From Tubiluchus corallicola (lineage: Eukaryota > Animalia > Priapulida), in NCBI GenBank assembly GCA_030141605.1, contig JAQGDQ010000083.1, positions 628,181 to 692,180 on the forward strand: a DNA stretch of 64,000 nucleotides. The letters run 5' to 3'. Numbering within the stretch: the stretch's first letter is position 1; the number at the start of each line of letters is the position of its first letter. This document shows, piece by piece, positions 52,801 to 64,000 of the stretch. The notes under the pieces are model-generated. The model saw only the letters and a program-made list of their open reading frames with translations, was not told where the DNA came from and searched no databases. A program made the position numbers and the translations under genes.

Positions 52801-53408
52801 TGAGTCACGAAGTTGCATTTTTTCCCAAAAATTTTGTTTGATTTCGCTCGTGGCTAAACGAAATTCTCTGGCTGAACAACTGTCATGGTCACATCAACGG
52901 CTTTCTTGGATACCGTGTCGTTTCTGTGACGTTGAATGTGTAAACAATGCTAAAACGAAAGGTGACAAATGAAAACCAAATGTAAACAATGGCTTAACTA
53001 TAGACTAAGGAGTTTCTCGTGTCATTTAACTAGTAAAATCCAAGAAATCTTTCCAAACTTTCTTTAAGAAATGACACCTTCACACCCGATTTCATCTTAT
53101 ATAAACCTCTAAGAAAAAGTCCCAAGCGACTCGCAAACGAGGTAACAACGAAAGCTGCAATGGTCGAACTAGCAGTGCTAGAAGAGGAAGAAGAAGAGAG
53201 CGATTTAGGCATTCATGTACTGGCAAAGTGCAAACATGTAGTCAAAAGTGCTCACTGTTACATATAGGCTAATATTAAACATGTTTGTATACTATTTGTT
53301 AATAAACGAAACTTAGTGTGGATTTTACTGGTATTTGAGGACAATTTATACGCATGACTACGTGTTTCTATGTAGCAAGTTTGCAATTCTTGTATATCAC
53401 GCGCATCT

Positions 53409-53550
53409 GCTTATACACAATTACGGCGTTGAAAATACCGGTTGTTCAAAACAGGTTGATGACAAGGGTTCTCGTCTGATCACCGAAGTTAAGCAACGAA
53501 GAGGGGGGTTAGTACTTGGATGGGTGACCGACAAGGAATACCAGGTGCTG
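53409..53550 (+). pseudogene. 5S rRNA pseudogene with an internal insertion
   Basis: CGTTGAAAATACCGGTT-[~27 nt]-CTCGTCTGATCACCGAAGTTAAGCAACG...GGTTAGTACTTGGATGGGTGACCG...GGAATACCAGGTGCTG matches invertebrate 5S rRNA; followed by (AGTG)n. Confidence 0.85.
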
Positions 53551-53583
53551 AGTGAGTGAGTGAGTGAGTAAGTTACATGTTGA

Positions 53584-54198
53584 AGTAAAACTGGACCCAT
53601 TCATAAACTGTAGGTCAAAACAATCTACTCTTTAAAATATTGAAAAGAAACATACTATTTTTTCAAAAATTACTTAAGTGAAATAATTATTACAATACAA
53701 ACACAATTTCGCATTTGCGCCGCTAGTTCTTCGCTCTTACATGCATTTCGCCATTCGCTAGTTAGACGGGCACTAGCGCCTGCATTTCGGAAACGCAAGG
53801 CACGAAAAACAGCGGCTGTACCTCTCAGTTCAGATGTGTTGGTTTGTGACGAACTACACACATTCGACAGCTCATGCGTGAGCACGGCGGTAAATTTGAA
53901 ATTTGAAATTTTATCTTAAAACTTTCCTAGTTTTAGTACAACACACTGAGTATCTTACAGTAGCACTGTACTTCAATTTTCGCTTTCGCAAACACATGCA
54001 ACACGCTCGTGGAATATTTTTGTTGAAAATTATGTTAGTTTGTAGTGTCATCGATAGTTGGGCTCGCCTGCCGTTAACTAAGTTTTTAATCTATTATTTA
54101 ATTGTCAGAAACGCTTTGGGGTATTAATTGTGTTAAAAAGTATCCTTTTTATCCGACTTGAAAATAATGTAGTATATGAAAAATCATCCTGTCTTCCT
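53584..54198 (-). mobile_element. Kolobok-like MITE family, copy 3
   Basis: Reverse complement of 15440-16051; ends TCATCCTGTCTTCCT-TTAA. Confidence 0.78.
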
Positions 54199-54344
54199 TT
54201 AAGCATAAAAACAAATTATACAAAAAGTACATAAAGCACTTAATAATCATGGCTTTTCAAGAGAATGCATAAATGTGATGTTTGTTGAGCATATAAGTAT
54301 GCACACACAGTATGAATGAAAGAGACAAAACTCACAAAACAAAA

Positions 54345-55180
54345 TCACAAACCAATAATCCTATTGATGGGATGAAATGGCTCGAATGCAGGAGAAACAC
54401 AAATAAAAACAACGGTAACAAAAGTAAATTTATATCTTGTACTGGGGTTAGAATTGCGTAAATTGACAAGAGGTGGCACCACTCGTATAGTTGCCAAACG
54501 TGTAACATATTTATTTGGGCAACACGTCATAGTACGAAAACTATTAATATAGTATACGATAAACGTAGAATAACTGTGTAAGTTAATGCTATTTCCCTTC
54601 CTGCTTCTCTTCTGTTTTTTGCTGATGTCATATATAAAATTTATCGCTAAAGTTACCATCTCATATGTAAAGTTAATATCGTTTATACTGTTAATAAAGA
54701 CAAATTGCTCATTTACAGGCATATTTGCAACAGCAGGAAATATTCACAATACTGAGTTGAACAGGTGTGAACATGCCTTATAATTCTGAGTCTAGTGCAC
54801 AATGGCCACGCATTCGCTTGGAATTGCATTATTATGCACAAGCGCTTATTCTTCCAAACAATGTATAGTTTTAAAACGTTAAGAATTTGTCCTACATTCA
54901 TCTAAGTGAGTTCAAACCCGAGTTTACAGACAATCTTCCTAATTACCAAGAAGCAGCTTTACACTTTTTCATTATCCTTTTGTCTACAGTCTAAGTATGC
55001 GTATATTTGTATGTGTATTTCAAGTATATGGAACCAATAGTTTACAACTAACTTTACCATAAGGATATATGTAAAGTAGGCCCTATATGCTCCTTTCTGT
55101 TTTGACCTTATTTGTTGCACTTCATCCCGCTATTCTATGTTGTCATAGTACAGATGTGACGACATTGTACTTTGAATGTC
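54345..55180 (-). pseudogene. Decayed LINE 3' region
   Basis: VNYWFHILE, IVCKLGF and EQFVFINS fragments resembling the LINE C-termini elsewhere in the window. Confidence 0.55.
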
Positions 55181-56171
<991 letters not shown>

Positions 56172-56221
56172 GTCTACGGTGAACCATATTACATCTATGT
56201 GTGAATGAATGCCTTTAGCTC

Positions 56222-56357
56222 TTATACAGGAGGACCATACTGGATGTATTTATGGATTTCTATATCGCCATACATATATACGACATTGACATTAGAAATG
56301 GGAGTGAATCGGTACTGGTAATCTGTAAAGTGGCTTCCATCAATTGCTACAGAAAAC
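56222..56357 (-). CDS. Galectin CRD, terminal exon
   Basis: cctatttcag|G in phase 2; (K)FSVAIDGSHFTDYQYRFTPISNVNVVYMYGDIEIHKYIQYGPPV* fits the galectin C-terminal pattern. Confidence 0.88.
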
Positions 56358-56656
56358 CTGAAATAGGCAAAAAATTTATAAGTAATACACGTGTTTTTGA
56401 TTTTGCAAATATACTACTAGTATTTTGCCAATATGCTAACCGGTAAACATGTTAGCATATTAGCTCCCGCAGAACATTTGTCGCTGCCCATTAAAAATGG
56501 ATGCCATCTAGCGGTGATTAGATGCTATAGACAACTGTGATTTATGGTCACTGCGACCAGTTCCTGACCACTCACTGTAAAACATTATACGCCTAAGTCA
56601 GCATAAATAGAGCATTTATGTAGCTGCAACTCTTTCATACACTGCTAGTTTCAATA

Positions 56657-57026
56657 AGCCCTTTCACTGATTCGTTGTGCGCACGCGCACTGCTGTGGGT
56701 CAAAGGTTAAGAGCACCACAGCAACGCGTCTTAACTACAGTCGTCTCGTGACATGTGGGTAACGCAAAGCATTTTTTCAGTAACTTCAGTTGTTTTACGT
56801 GGACTTTACTTAATTATGCATTAGTCTGTGTGTTGAGAGGTTTAGTAGCAGGATCTTGCTTGGGAACGAGAAAAAATGAACTATGTAAGGTTCTAGTTAG
56901 CTGTTAAAACTGTTACTATTACATTATCATGGGCTGCGAGGCGTTGTCAAGTGTACACAAATGTCTTGTAGACTTAACCTTTGACATTTTAACGATCATC
57001 ATCAATCGTGAAACTGTGAAAAGGCT
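56657..57026. mobile_element. TIR MITE, copy 2, in the galectin intron
   Basis: Homologous to 16858-17240; TIR AGCCCTTTCAC / GTGAAAAGGCT. Confidence 0.75.
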
Positions 57027-57053
57027 TGTTATTAAACACACCGTCTTACTTAC

Positions 57054-57257
57054 TTGTCATCAAGCATGTCGATTTGCAAGACAAATTTCTGTCCCCGTTT
57101 AAATGGAAACGACGTAGCCTGCCTCTCTTCAGCACCCCATTGTTGCTGTCCAAGACCCAGCCGGCTGTTCCGTACGACGACATTCTCCAAGAAGCGAGGA
57201 TTGAAGTGAAACGCTATGATGCCACCAATATAATCGACTATGAAATCAACACCGAAT
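57054..57257 (-). CDS. Galectin CRD, central ('W') exon
   Basis: tctttcag|A...AA|gtaagt, 204 nt, phase 2-2; FGVDF...IAFHFNPRFLENVVVRNS...WGAEER...FPFKRGQKF retains the canonical beta-galactoside-binding residues (HxNxR, N, W, ExR). Confidence 0.93.
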
Positions 57258-57547
57258 CTGAAAGATTTAGGTGATTATGCAAATCCTACCTCTGTCAATA
57301 AAGGTCCCATCAGCATCAAAAGTGCCAGATACTTATTCCTTTATATTGGAGACTATTTTCTATAGAAGACAAGAACGTTACACTCTGAACTCAGACTTAT
57401 AAATAACTACATATATAGATAAAGTAAATTAAAAGCTACATTTAAATCTGTAGCTCACAGTCGTATTTGAATTTTATTTTAATTGTTGTCATGTGAGTGC
57501 AACGTCCCTCTAATAGTTAACCTAATATCTACTATACGATATATGGT

Positions 57548-57552
57548 TATTA

Positions 57553-57607
<55 letters not shown>

Positions 57608-57772
57608 CATCATCATTATCATCATCATCATCATCATTATCATCATCATCATCGTCGTCGTCGTAATCGTTATCGTCATCATCATCATCATTATCATCAT
57701 CAACATAGTCGTCGTAGTCATCATCGTCATCATCATCATCGTCGTCGTCATCGTCATTATCGTTATTATTAT
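57548..57772. repeat. (ATT)n/(ATC)n/(GTC)n microsatellite
   Basis: Directly visible. Confidence 0.95.
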
Positions 57773-58219
57773 TCTCAAATACATACGCAAATGATACAAT
57801 ACATGTAGATAACATTACACAATGCATTAGTGACAATAACAAGATTACAACCATACAACAATTATACAATTGCACAATAATACAATTATTCAAATGCAAG
57901 CAAATAATAAATTATTAATTACACAACAGATAATACAAAACATGTAATATTAAATCACAACTAGCATGTAAGTAATAGACTGCATTGACATATACATTAA
58001 TAAGACATAGTTAATCATAACTGATATAAAAGCCATAGAAACTGTATATAAGCTCCCAAGTTGGGCATAATGATTTGAGACATGACTCAGATTTGAACGC
58101 CAAACACTTGGGAATCGAGTTGTACACGAGCTGAAATCATTGATTACAACACCTGTTGCGTAAACAAGTATTACGGCTATTCATCAAAACGGTGGAAATA
58201 CTCCTTGCATAATCATACC

Positions 58220-58736
58220 CAGTGGCGGCTCGTGCTATAGGTACTGTGGTACTGCAGCACCCCCTGTTTTCACTCAGTATTATCGATAATATTCATTATA
58301 ATAAGTATTTTTCCTTTAGTTCTTCGTTTAGAATCGGAGCACGTGAGGGAAGTACAGTTTGTTTCACACAGTTCCAGCAACGCGGTGTTAGGCTGCTGTG
58401 CACATGCGGCAATGCGCACATGTCTGAGATAAGACGCTGTGCTTTAGGTAGAGAGAGCACTGTCGCTCACTGCAGTACGTGTTGTCAGTTATCACGTGTT
58501 TAAAAGCCGTGTACCGGTGCATTATTGAACTACGACAATTTAGGCTATTCGTAAGAAAACAATACTTTTTGTTTAGGAATTTACTAAGCTTATGTATACA
58601 TTTGTTTGCTTGCTTAAAATTACAATTACAACATTATAATTACGTATGTTTGTTTCGTTTTACACAGTATTAAAACAATGGCTATTTTTTTTAATTTCGC
58701 AGTATCTCTACTAATTTTAGCAACGAGCCGCCACTG
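58220..58736. mobile_element. hAT MITE, 517 bp
   Basis: TIR CAGTGGCGGCTCGT / ACGAGCCGCCACTG; 8-bp TSD ATCATACC / TTCATACC. Confidence 0.85.
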
Positions 58737-59264
58737 TTCATACCATACTCAGTGAATACCAAAGTAGAGATTTGGATGTATATTTTAAATGCTTGTTTTA
58801 AGAATTCAAGGATCTTAACGTGTTCTGGTGTATTTATTACAAATATCCTTACATACTCAGATGAGTAGTTTGGTATAATTAATTTATAACTTTGTCACAG
58901 ATTATTTTAAAAGCAGAACAAAGGGGGCAAAATAATATTAGAAATTATTGCCTACACATCTGATCACTATTAGTAATTTTAACATTGCTATGTTATGGTT
59001 ATGTTTGTCAATTGGGTATACTGTCATCAAAATACTGTATATTAAATTGTGATGTTATGACTTACTATGATCTGTCTTATTGTCATTCATACTTTGTAAA
59101 TATCTATTGCGTAATAATGTATTCGGGCTTGTTGATTGTTAACCCAATAAATTAATTAAATTATTTAATTTAATTAAAATTATATGGAGCAGCTTATTAT
59201 TAACGGTATAGAAATGTTGTACGAGTATTAACTTCGCTGTTGGTACAGAAATCAAAACAGGTGT

Positions 59265-60456
59265 TGAGCTGAACAGGTGTGAACATGCCTTATAATTCTG
59301 AGTCTAGTGCACAATGGCCACGCATTCGCTTGGAATTGCATTATTATGCACAAGCGCTTATTCTTCCAAACAATGTATAGTTTTAAAACGTTAAGAATTT
59401 GTCCTACATTCATCTAAGTGAGTTCAAACCCGAGTTTACAGACAATCTTCCTAATTACCAAGAAGCAGCTTTACACTTTTTCATTATCCTTTTGTCTACA
59501 GTCTAAGTATGCGTATATTTGTATGTGTATTTCAAGTATATGGAACCAATAGTTTACAACTAACTTTACCATAAGGATATATGTAAAGTAGGCCCTATAT
59601 GCTCCTTTCTGTTTTGACCTTATTTGTTGCACTTCATCCCGCTATTCTATGTTGTCATAGTACAGATGTGACGACATTGTACTTTGAATGTCTAAAATAT
59701 TCTACATGAGCACAGGAATGGCGGGTGTATGACGTCACGTTTATTGAGTGTCGTAAAGACAAGTCAAATCGTAAAACTCAGTATCGCATTACATGCATAG
59801 CATACAATACATCCCCTTTTGTTTAATTAAAGAAAGCAAATTTCTTCAAACAAAGTTTTTAAACAGAACAGAACTGCACTTCAAACATTTTGCAACATTA
59901 ACACAGTGTCTAAATTGTAGCTGAAAGATTTAGTTTAAATTCAGATCACTGGCTACTAAGCAATCACACAGTATGTATTGCATTAATTAATTAAGTGTAT
60001 TAGCAGCCACTAAACATAATAGCAACAAACACAAATGTAAAAACACTCAAATATGAATTACAATGGTTCACATAGTTGCACAAACATTTTGAAACCTAAA
60101 CTGGAACTTTCAAAATCACCACTGTATTTTGGATGCACAAAACTATTAAACTAATTTTGTAACATTACAAGTTTACAACTTACGAGTTTTATCAAACAAA
60201 CAAACAATTTAAATATGCGGTAATAATTGTGAAATTTTCAAAACTATAATTTAGATACAGTTATACTTATGAATTATACAATAAGCCGTTTAGGTGGCTT
60301 AACTGTTCGGCCACTTCTAGTTTTGGTTACAGATGATGTGTTACTTTGGGGCTCATTTATTTGAGAACTACTTTTTACTTTAGTCATGCTGTTATGAGAA
60401 AAAGTTTACAATGAGTACTCAACATAACAGGGAGTTATTTTAACCTAAACTGCTGA
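59265..60456 (+). repeat. 1192-bp direct duplication, copy 2 (includes the TRIM 3' LTR and interior)
   Basis: Matches 54753-55944; ends inside the TRIM PBS where the RTE begins. Confidence 0.95.
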
Positions 60457-63400
60457 AGAATGTACAACGTCGAAGCCGATACGGCTAAATCAGTGCAAAT
60501 CAGATGTCCATGAAACCATCTCTTATCCACGACTTGAACCTTCTTGCATATCCAAGCATCCGTCTTTCTTCATCGAGTTTTTCGGCACAGTTGTTGACTA
60601 GGGATCTCCATGCAGGACGGTCGTGAACTGCGAAAGGCAGCTTGTCCAACATTCCACCTTTCCTCAGAAAGAACTTCACCTTGTCCTTGAAGCGAAGGAG
60701 AGGACGACCAACACTGCGAGAGCCACTGGTTAGTTCTCCATGAAGAAGAGCCTTTGTCGGTCTCTTATCGTTCATTCTGACCACATGCCCAAACCACCGA
60801 AGTTGAGCCTTAGTAAGCGTAACCTCGATATCTTCCATCTTGGCACGAGCCAGCACGTCTTCGTTTGGCACATAGTCGTCCCAGCGAATACGAAGGATGT
60901 GACGCAGATGTCTCTGCTGAACCGCACGACGAGACCTGACCTGATCTTGATAGAGCGTCCACGTTTCCTGACCATAGGGAAGCTGCGGAATGATGCAATG
61001 CATGTACACCTGCAGTTTAGTGGCGATGGTAAGGTCATGGTTATCGAAGACACGTTTCCTCATACGGCCGAAAGAGCTGGCTGCAGCATTAATTCTTGCA
61101 TGAAGCTCAGTATCCAATCGAGTATCTGAGCAGATGTAACTTCCGAGATATTTGAACCGTTGCACACTTCCAAGCTGTTCTCCGTCAATGGTAAAATTGA
61201 CACTGTCGCTAGAGCCGACACTCATTGTCTCAGTCTTCCTTTTGTTAATGCGCAGTCCCATTCTCTTTGCAGTTTCATTGTAAATGTCGATGAGATCCTG
61301 AAGGTCTTCCGGGTTGTCAGAGAAGATAGCTATGTCATCGGCATATTGCGCTTCACGCAGGAACATCATTCGTGTCTTCGTCCTTGCTTTAAGTCGACGT
61401 AGGTCAGAAATGTCTCCATCATATCTGAATCGAACATGAATGCTCTTCGTCGAGCCAAGTCTGCCGAAGGCTACCTGCAAAAGGACTGCAGCGAAAAGTC
61501 CGAAAAGAGATGGAGCTAACTTGCAGCCTTGTTTCACACCGCTGTTGTATTCTACAGGATCACTAAGCTGGCCATTGACAGAGAGACGCGCTAGCATATC
61601 AGTGTGTAGAGCTTTTACCATACTTGTAAATCGATCCGGGCATCCACACTTTGAAAGCACCTTGTACAGCACTTCGCGATTGACACTGTCAAAAGCCTTT
61701 GTAAAGTCGATAAAGGCAATATGCATTGATGTTCTATGCTCTCTCGTTTTCTCCATCAGCTGACGAATCGTAAAAATACCATCAATGGTACTGCGATCCC
61801 GTCGATACCCTGACTGGGACTCTGGGTAGATACGCTCCAAAATCTTGTCCAGCCGAACGAGAAGAATGTCTGCAAAAAGCTTTCCGACAACACTGAGTAA
61901 GGAAATGCCACGATAGTTACCGCAATCACTGCGATCACCCTTTTTGAACAAAATGGTGATGTTAGCATTGACAAAGTCACGAGGCATATCACCAGTCCTC
62001 CAAAGAGCGTTGAAGAGCTCCAAAAGATGATTCTGGAGAGAAGCACCGCCATGGATGATAACCTCTGGTGGGACACCATCAGGTCCAGGGCTTTTCCGTC
62101 GCTTGATACGGCGAATAGAGTACTTGAGTTCCTCGAGGGTGACTAGTCCATCCATCTCGTCGATGACTGGTAACTGAGGTATTTCCTCCAAGATAGTAAA
62201 GTCAGCATCGGTAGTTTGATTCAGTAAAGTGCTGAAGTGCTCCATCCAACGATTCTGGATATCATTGGATGAGTTGAGAGTGTCACCAGCAATAGATTTG
62301 ATAGGATGGTTACAACGCGATGTCGGACCATAAACGGCATTGAGAGAAGCGTAGAATTCCCGGAAATTCTTCATTTGGGCGTGTCTTTCAACTTCATTGG
62401 CTCGGTCCTGGAACCACTGATTCTTCATAAGTCGGATATGATTTCTGAGCTCACGCCTGTTTTTCTTGTCCTTGACTAGTGCACCGATTTCAAGCTCGTT
62501 GAACCAGTCTCGGTTGCGATTTCCTTGTTTACCGAACACAGCTTCTGCACTGTTGAGTAAGATTTCCTTGGTTTCATCCCAAGATGGTCTACAATCACTC
62601 AAAACATTGGCAAGATAAACTTGCAGTTTGGATTCTTTGCCTTCGTCAACTTCGACATTGAACCTCTTTGGTGGACGCTGAGGGCGAGCAGGTTTCTGTA
62701 GCATAAATGAACATTTGCACACCACCAATCTGTGATCCGTGAAACAGTCTGCAGTTAGACTTGCTTTGGTCACACGGATGTTGTTGTCACTCATGGTTTT
62801 CTTACAAGCCAAGATGTGATCAAGTTGATGCCAGTGCTTGGACCGTGCATGCTGCCATGTAGTCTTCATCCTATCGTGAAGCCTGAAGAAGCTTCCAGTC
62901 ACAGAGAACTCCATCCTGGCACGAAATTCTAGCAGTAGAAGTCCGTTTGAGTTCATATTCCCTGTTCCATGTTTGCCAAGCACACCTGGCCAAGTCATAG
63001 AATCTCTTCCTACTCTTGCATTCATGTCCCCTAGGATAATCACCTTGCCATCATTTGCAGCTTGCCTAGCATGAGCAGTGAGATTATCGTAAAACGATTC
63101 TTTTTCATGATTAGAGCACTGCAAAGTGGGGCCATACACGCTAAAGATGGTAAGAAAGGATCTGTCCTGTAGCCGAAGTTTCAACATCATGAGACGATCA
63201 TTGATAGCTAAGGGCTGTGACTCCAATTGTAACTTGTTAGACACTGCGAAGCCAACTCCTGCAACCTGGTGTACACCTCCGCTCCAATAAATGGTATGGG
63301 TCTTCTCTACCACATTGCCTTCACCAGGGCGTCGGACTTCAGAAAGTGCGCAGATATCAATGTTGACGTCGTTTAGAGCTTCACAAATAATCGCAGTGGC

Positions 63401-64000
63401 GCGTCGGCTCCCCCGGACGCGGTAGCATAGGGTTGTCATCATTTGTCGTAGTCATCATCATGGAGAAAGAATTAGCACTGAGACGCTTGCGCGCGAGAAG
63501 AGATGGCCGCGCAAAGTCCACCTCCACTTGGCAGATAGAGTGTAGATCGGCGGCATGAAGAAACACGACGGCCGCACTCATAATCTGTTGCACCGCAGTG
63601 AAGACAACCAGAAAACAGGCCGAATCGGCAAAATGAACTGCTAGCTTCTCGATGAGCCATGCCATGCCAGAAGACGAGTTGCCAGCCTTGCACGCCATGA
63701 ACCATCATCCACACAAGCTGCTGCCCTTGTGCTTGGGTGCCTTCATCCGCTTTTACAGCCGTTGGGAGTGGAAGATTCCTCATCCGCCTGTCAAACCGTT
63801 GAGGGCTTCAGTCGTATCCCTGACCAAGGGTGGCGCGCTATACCCCGCACCACTGGGTCCTTGCCTGAACTTAGTTACTGCTCCCGCAGCATCCACCCCC
63901 GCGACTAGGACGCGCCAGACAAGAGTTGCCCAAGTGCATCTAGAGAAGAGGGCTCTAGATACCAGAGGCCGGGTTAACTCCTCTGTGTGAGGCCAGAAGA
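60457..64000 (-). mobile_element. RTE-clade LINE, near full length (5' end probably beyond the window)
   Basis: GC-richer block with a long 5' UTR and a single APE-RT ORF; no 3' simple-repeat tail at 60457. Confidence 0.93.
60500..63442 (-). CDS. RTE endonuclease-reverse transcriptase ORF, 980 aa (N-terminus probably frameshifted)
   Basis: APE motifs IDICALSEVR, GDMNARVG, LDHIL and TDH; RT motifs NYRGISLLS, FIDFTKAFD, GVKQG, YADD and FKYLGS. Confidence 0.92.
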   Translation of the reverse strand: MMTTLCYRVRGSRRATAIICEALNDVNIDICALSEVRRPGEGNVVEKTHTIYWSGGVHQVAGVGFAVSNKLQLESQPLAINDRLMMLKLRLQDRSFLTIFSVYGPTLQCSNHEKESFYDNLTAHARQAANDGKVIILGDMNARVGRDSMTWPGVLGKHGTGNMNSNGLLLLEFRARMEFSVTGSFFRLHDRMKTTWQHARSKHWHQLDHILACKKTMSDNNIRVTKASLTADCFTDHRLVVCKCSFMLQKPARPQRPPKRFNVEVDEGKESKLQVYLANVLSDCRPSWDETKEILLNSAEAVFGKQGNRNRDWFNELEIGALVKDKKNRRELRNHIRLMKNQWFQDRANEVERHAQMKNFREFYASLNAVYGPTSRCNHPIKSIAGDTLNSSNDIQNRWMEHFSTLLNQTTDADFTILEEIPQLPVIDEMDGLVTLEELKYSIRRIKRRKSPGPDGVPPEVIIHGGASLQNHLLELFNALWRTGDMPRDFVNANITILFKKGDRSDCGNYRGISLLSVVGKLFADILLVRLDKILERIYPESQSGYRRDRSTIDGIFTIRQLMEKTREHRTSMHIAFIDFTKAFDSVNREVLYKVLSKCGCPDRFTSMVKALHTDMLARLSVNGQLSDPVEYNSGVKQGCKLAPSLFGLFAAVLLQVAFGRLGSTKSIHVRFRYDGDISDLRRLKARTKTRMMFLREAQYADDIAIFSDNPEDLQDLIDIYNETAKRMGLRINKRKTETMSVGSSDSVNFTIDGEQLGSVQRFKYLGSYICSDTRLDTELHARINAAASSFGRMRKRVFDNHDLTIATKLQVYMHCIIPQLPYGQETWTLYQDQVRSRRAVQQRHLRHILRIRWDDYVPNEDVLARAKMEDIEVTLTKAQLRWFGHVVRMNDKRPTKALLHGELTSGSRSVGRPLLRFKDKVKFFLRKGGMLDKLPFAVHDRPAWRSLVNNCAEKLDEERRMLGYARRFKSWIRDGFMDI

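Noticed and set aside
56502-56514. CTCF-like motif CCGCTAGATGGCA in the galectin intron
   Set aside because: A single motif match without supporting data.
57026-57274. 82-aa plus-strand ORF in the track
   Set aside because: It is the antisense shadow of the galectin W exon.
57258-57359. Apparent upstream galectin exon separated by a 32-nt intron
   Set aside because: All three frames of the 70-nt segment contain stops and it has no galectin similarity.

Overview
AT-rich, microsatellite- and transposon-dense eukaryotic DNA with GT-AG introns, most consistent with an invertebrate animal; the species cannot be assigned from this window. Most ORF-track entries are simple-repeat artefacts or TE remnants. 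Reading exons by hand gives four host coding units, all on the minus strand: (1) a two-exon, 288-aa secreted and possibly GPI-anchored cyclase-family (KynB/isatin hydrolase-like) metallo-amidohydrolase; (2) two phase-1/1 LDL-receptor class A exons just upstream, which can splice in frame into the cyclase; (3) a three-exon gene for a 69-aa secreted prepropeptide missed by the ORF track; (4) the last two exons of a galectin, also missed, apparently inside a recent ~4.5-kb tandem duplication. Mobile DNA includes a full-length Buster/Charlie hAT element with an intact transposase and a perfect 8-bp TSD, a near-intact RTE LINE, a 485-bp non-autonomous RTE whose 5' end falls at the cleavage site of a twister ribozyme, a TRIM, several MITE families, decayed LINEs and a 5S rRNA pseudogene. 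All gene models are by-eye inferences without transcript evidence, and the boundaries of decayed repeats are approximate.
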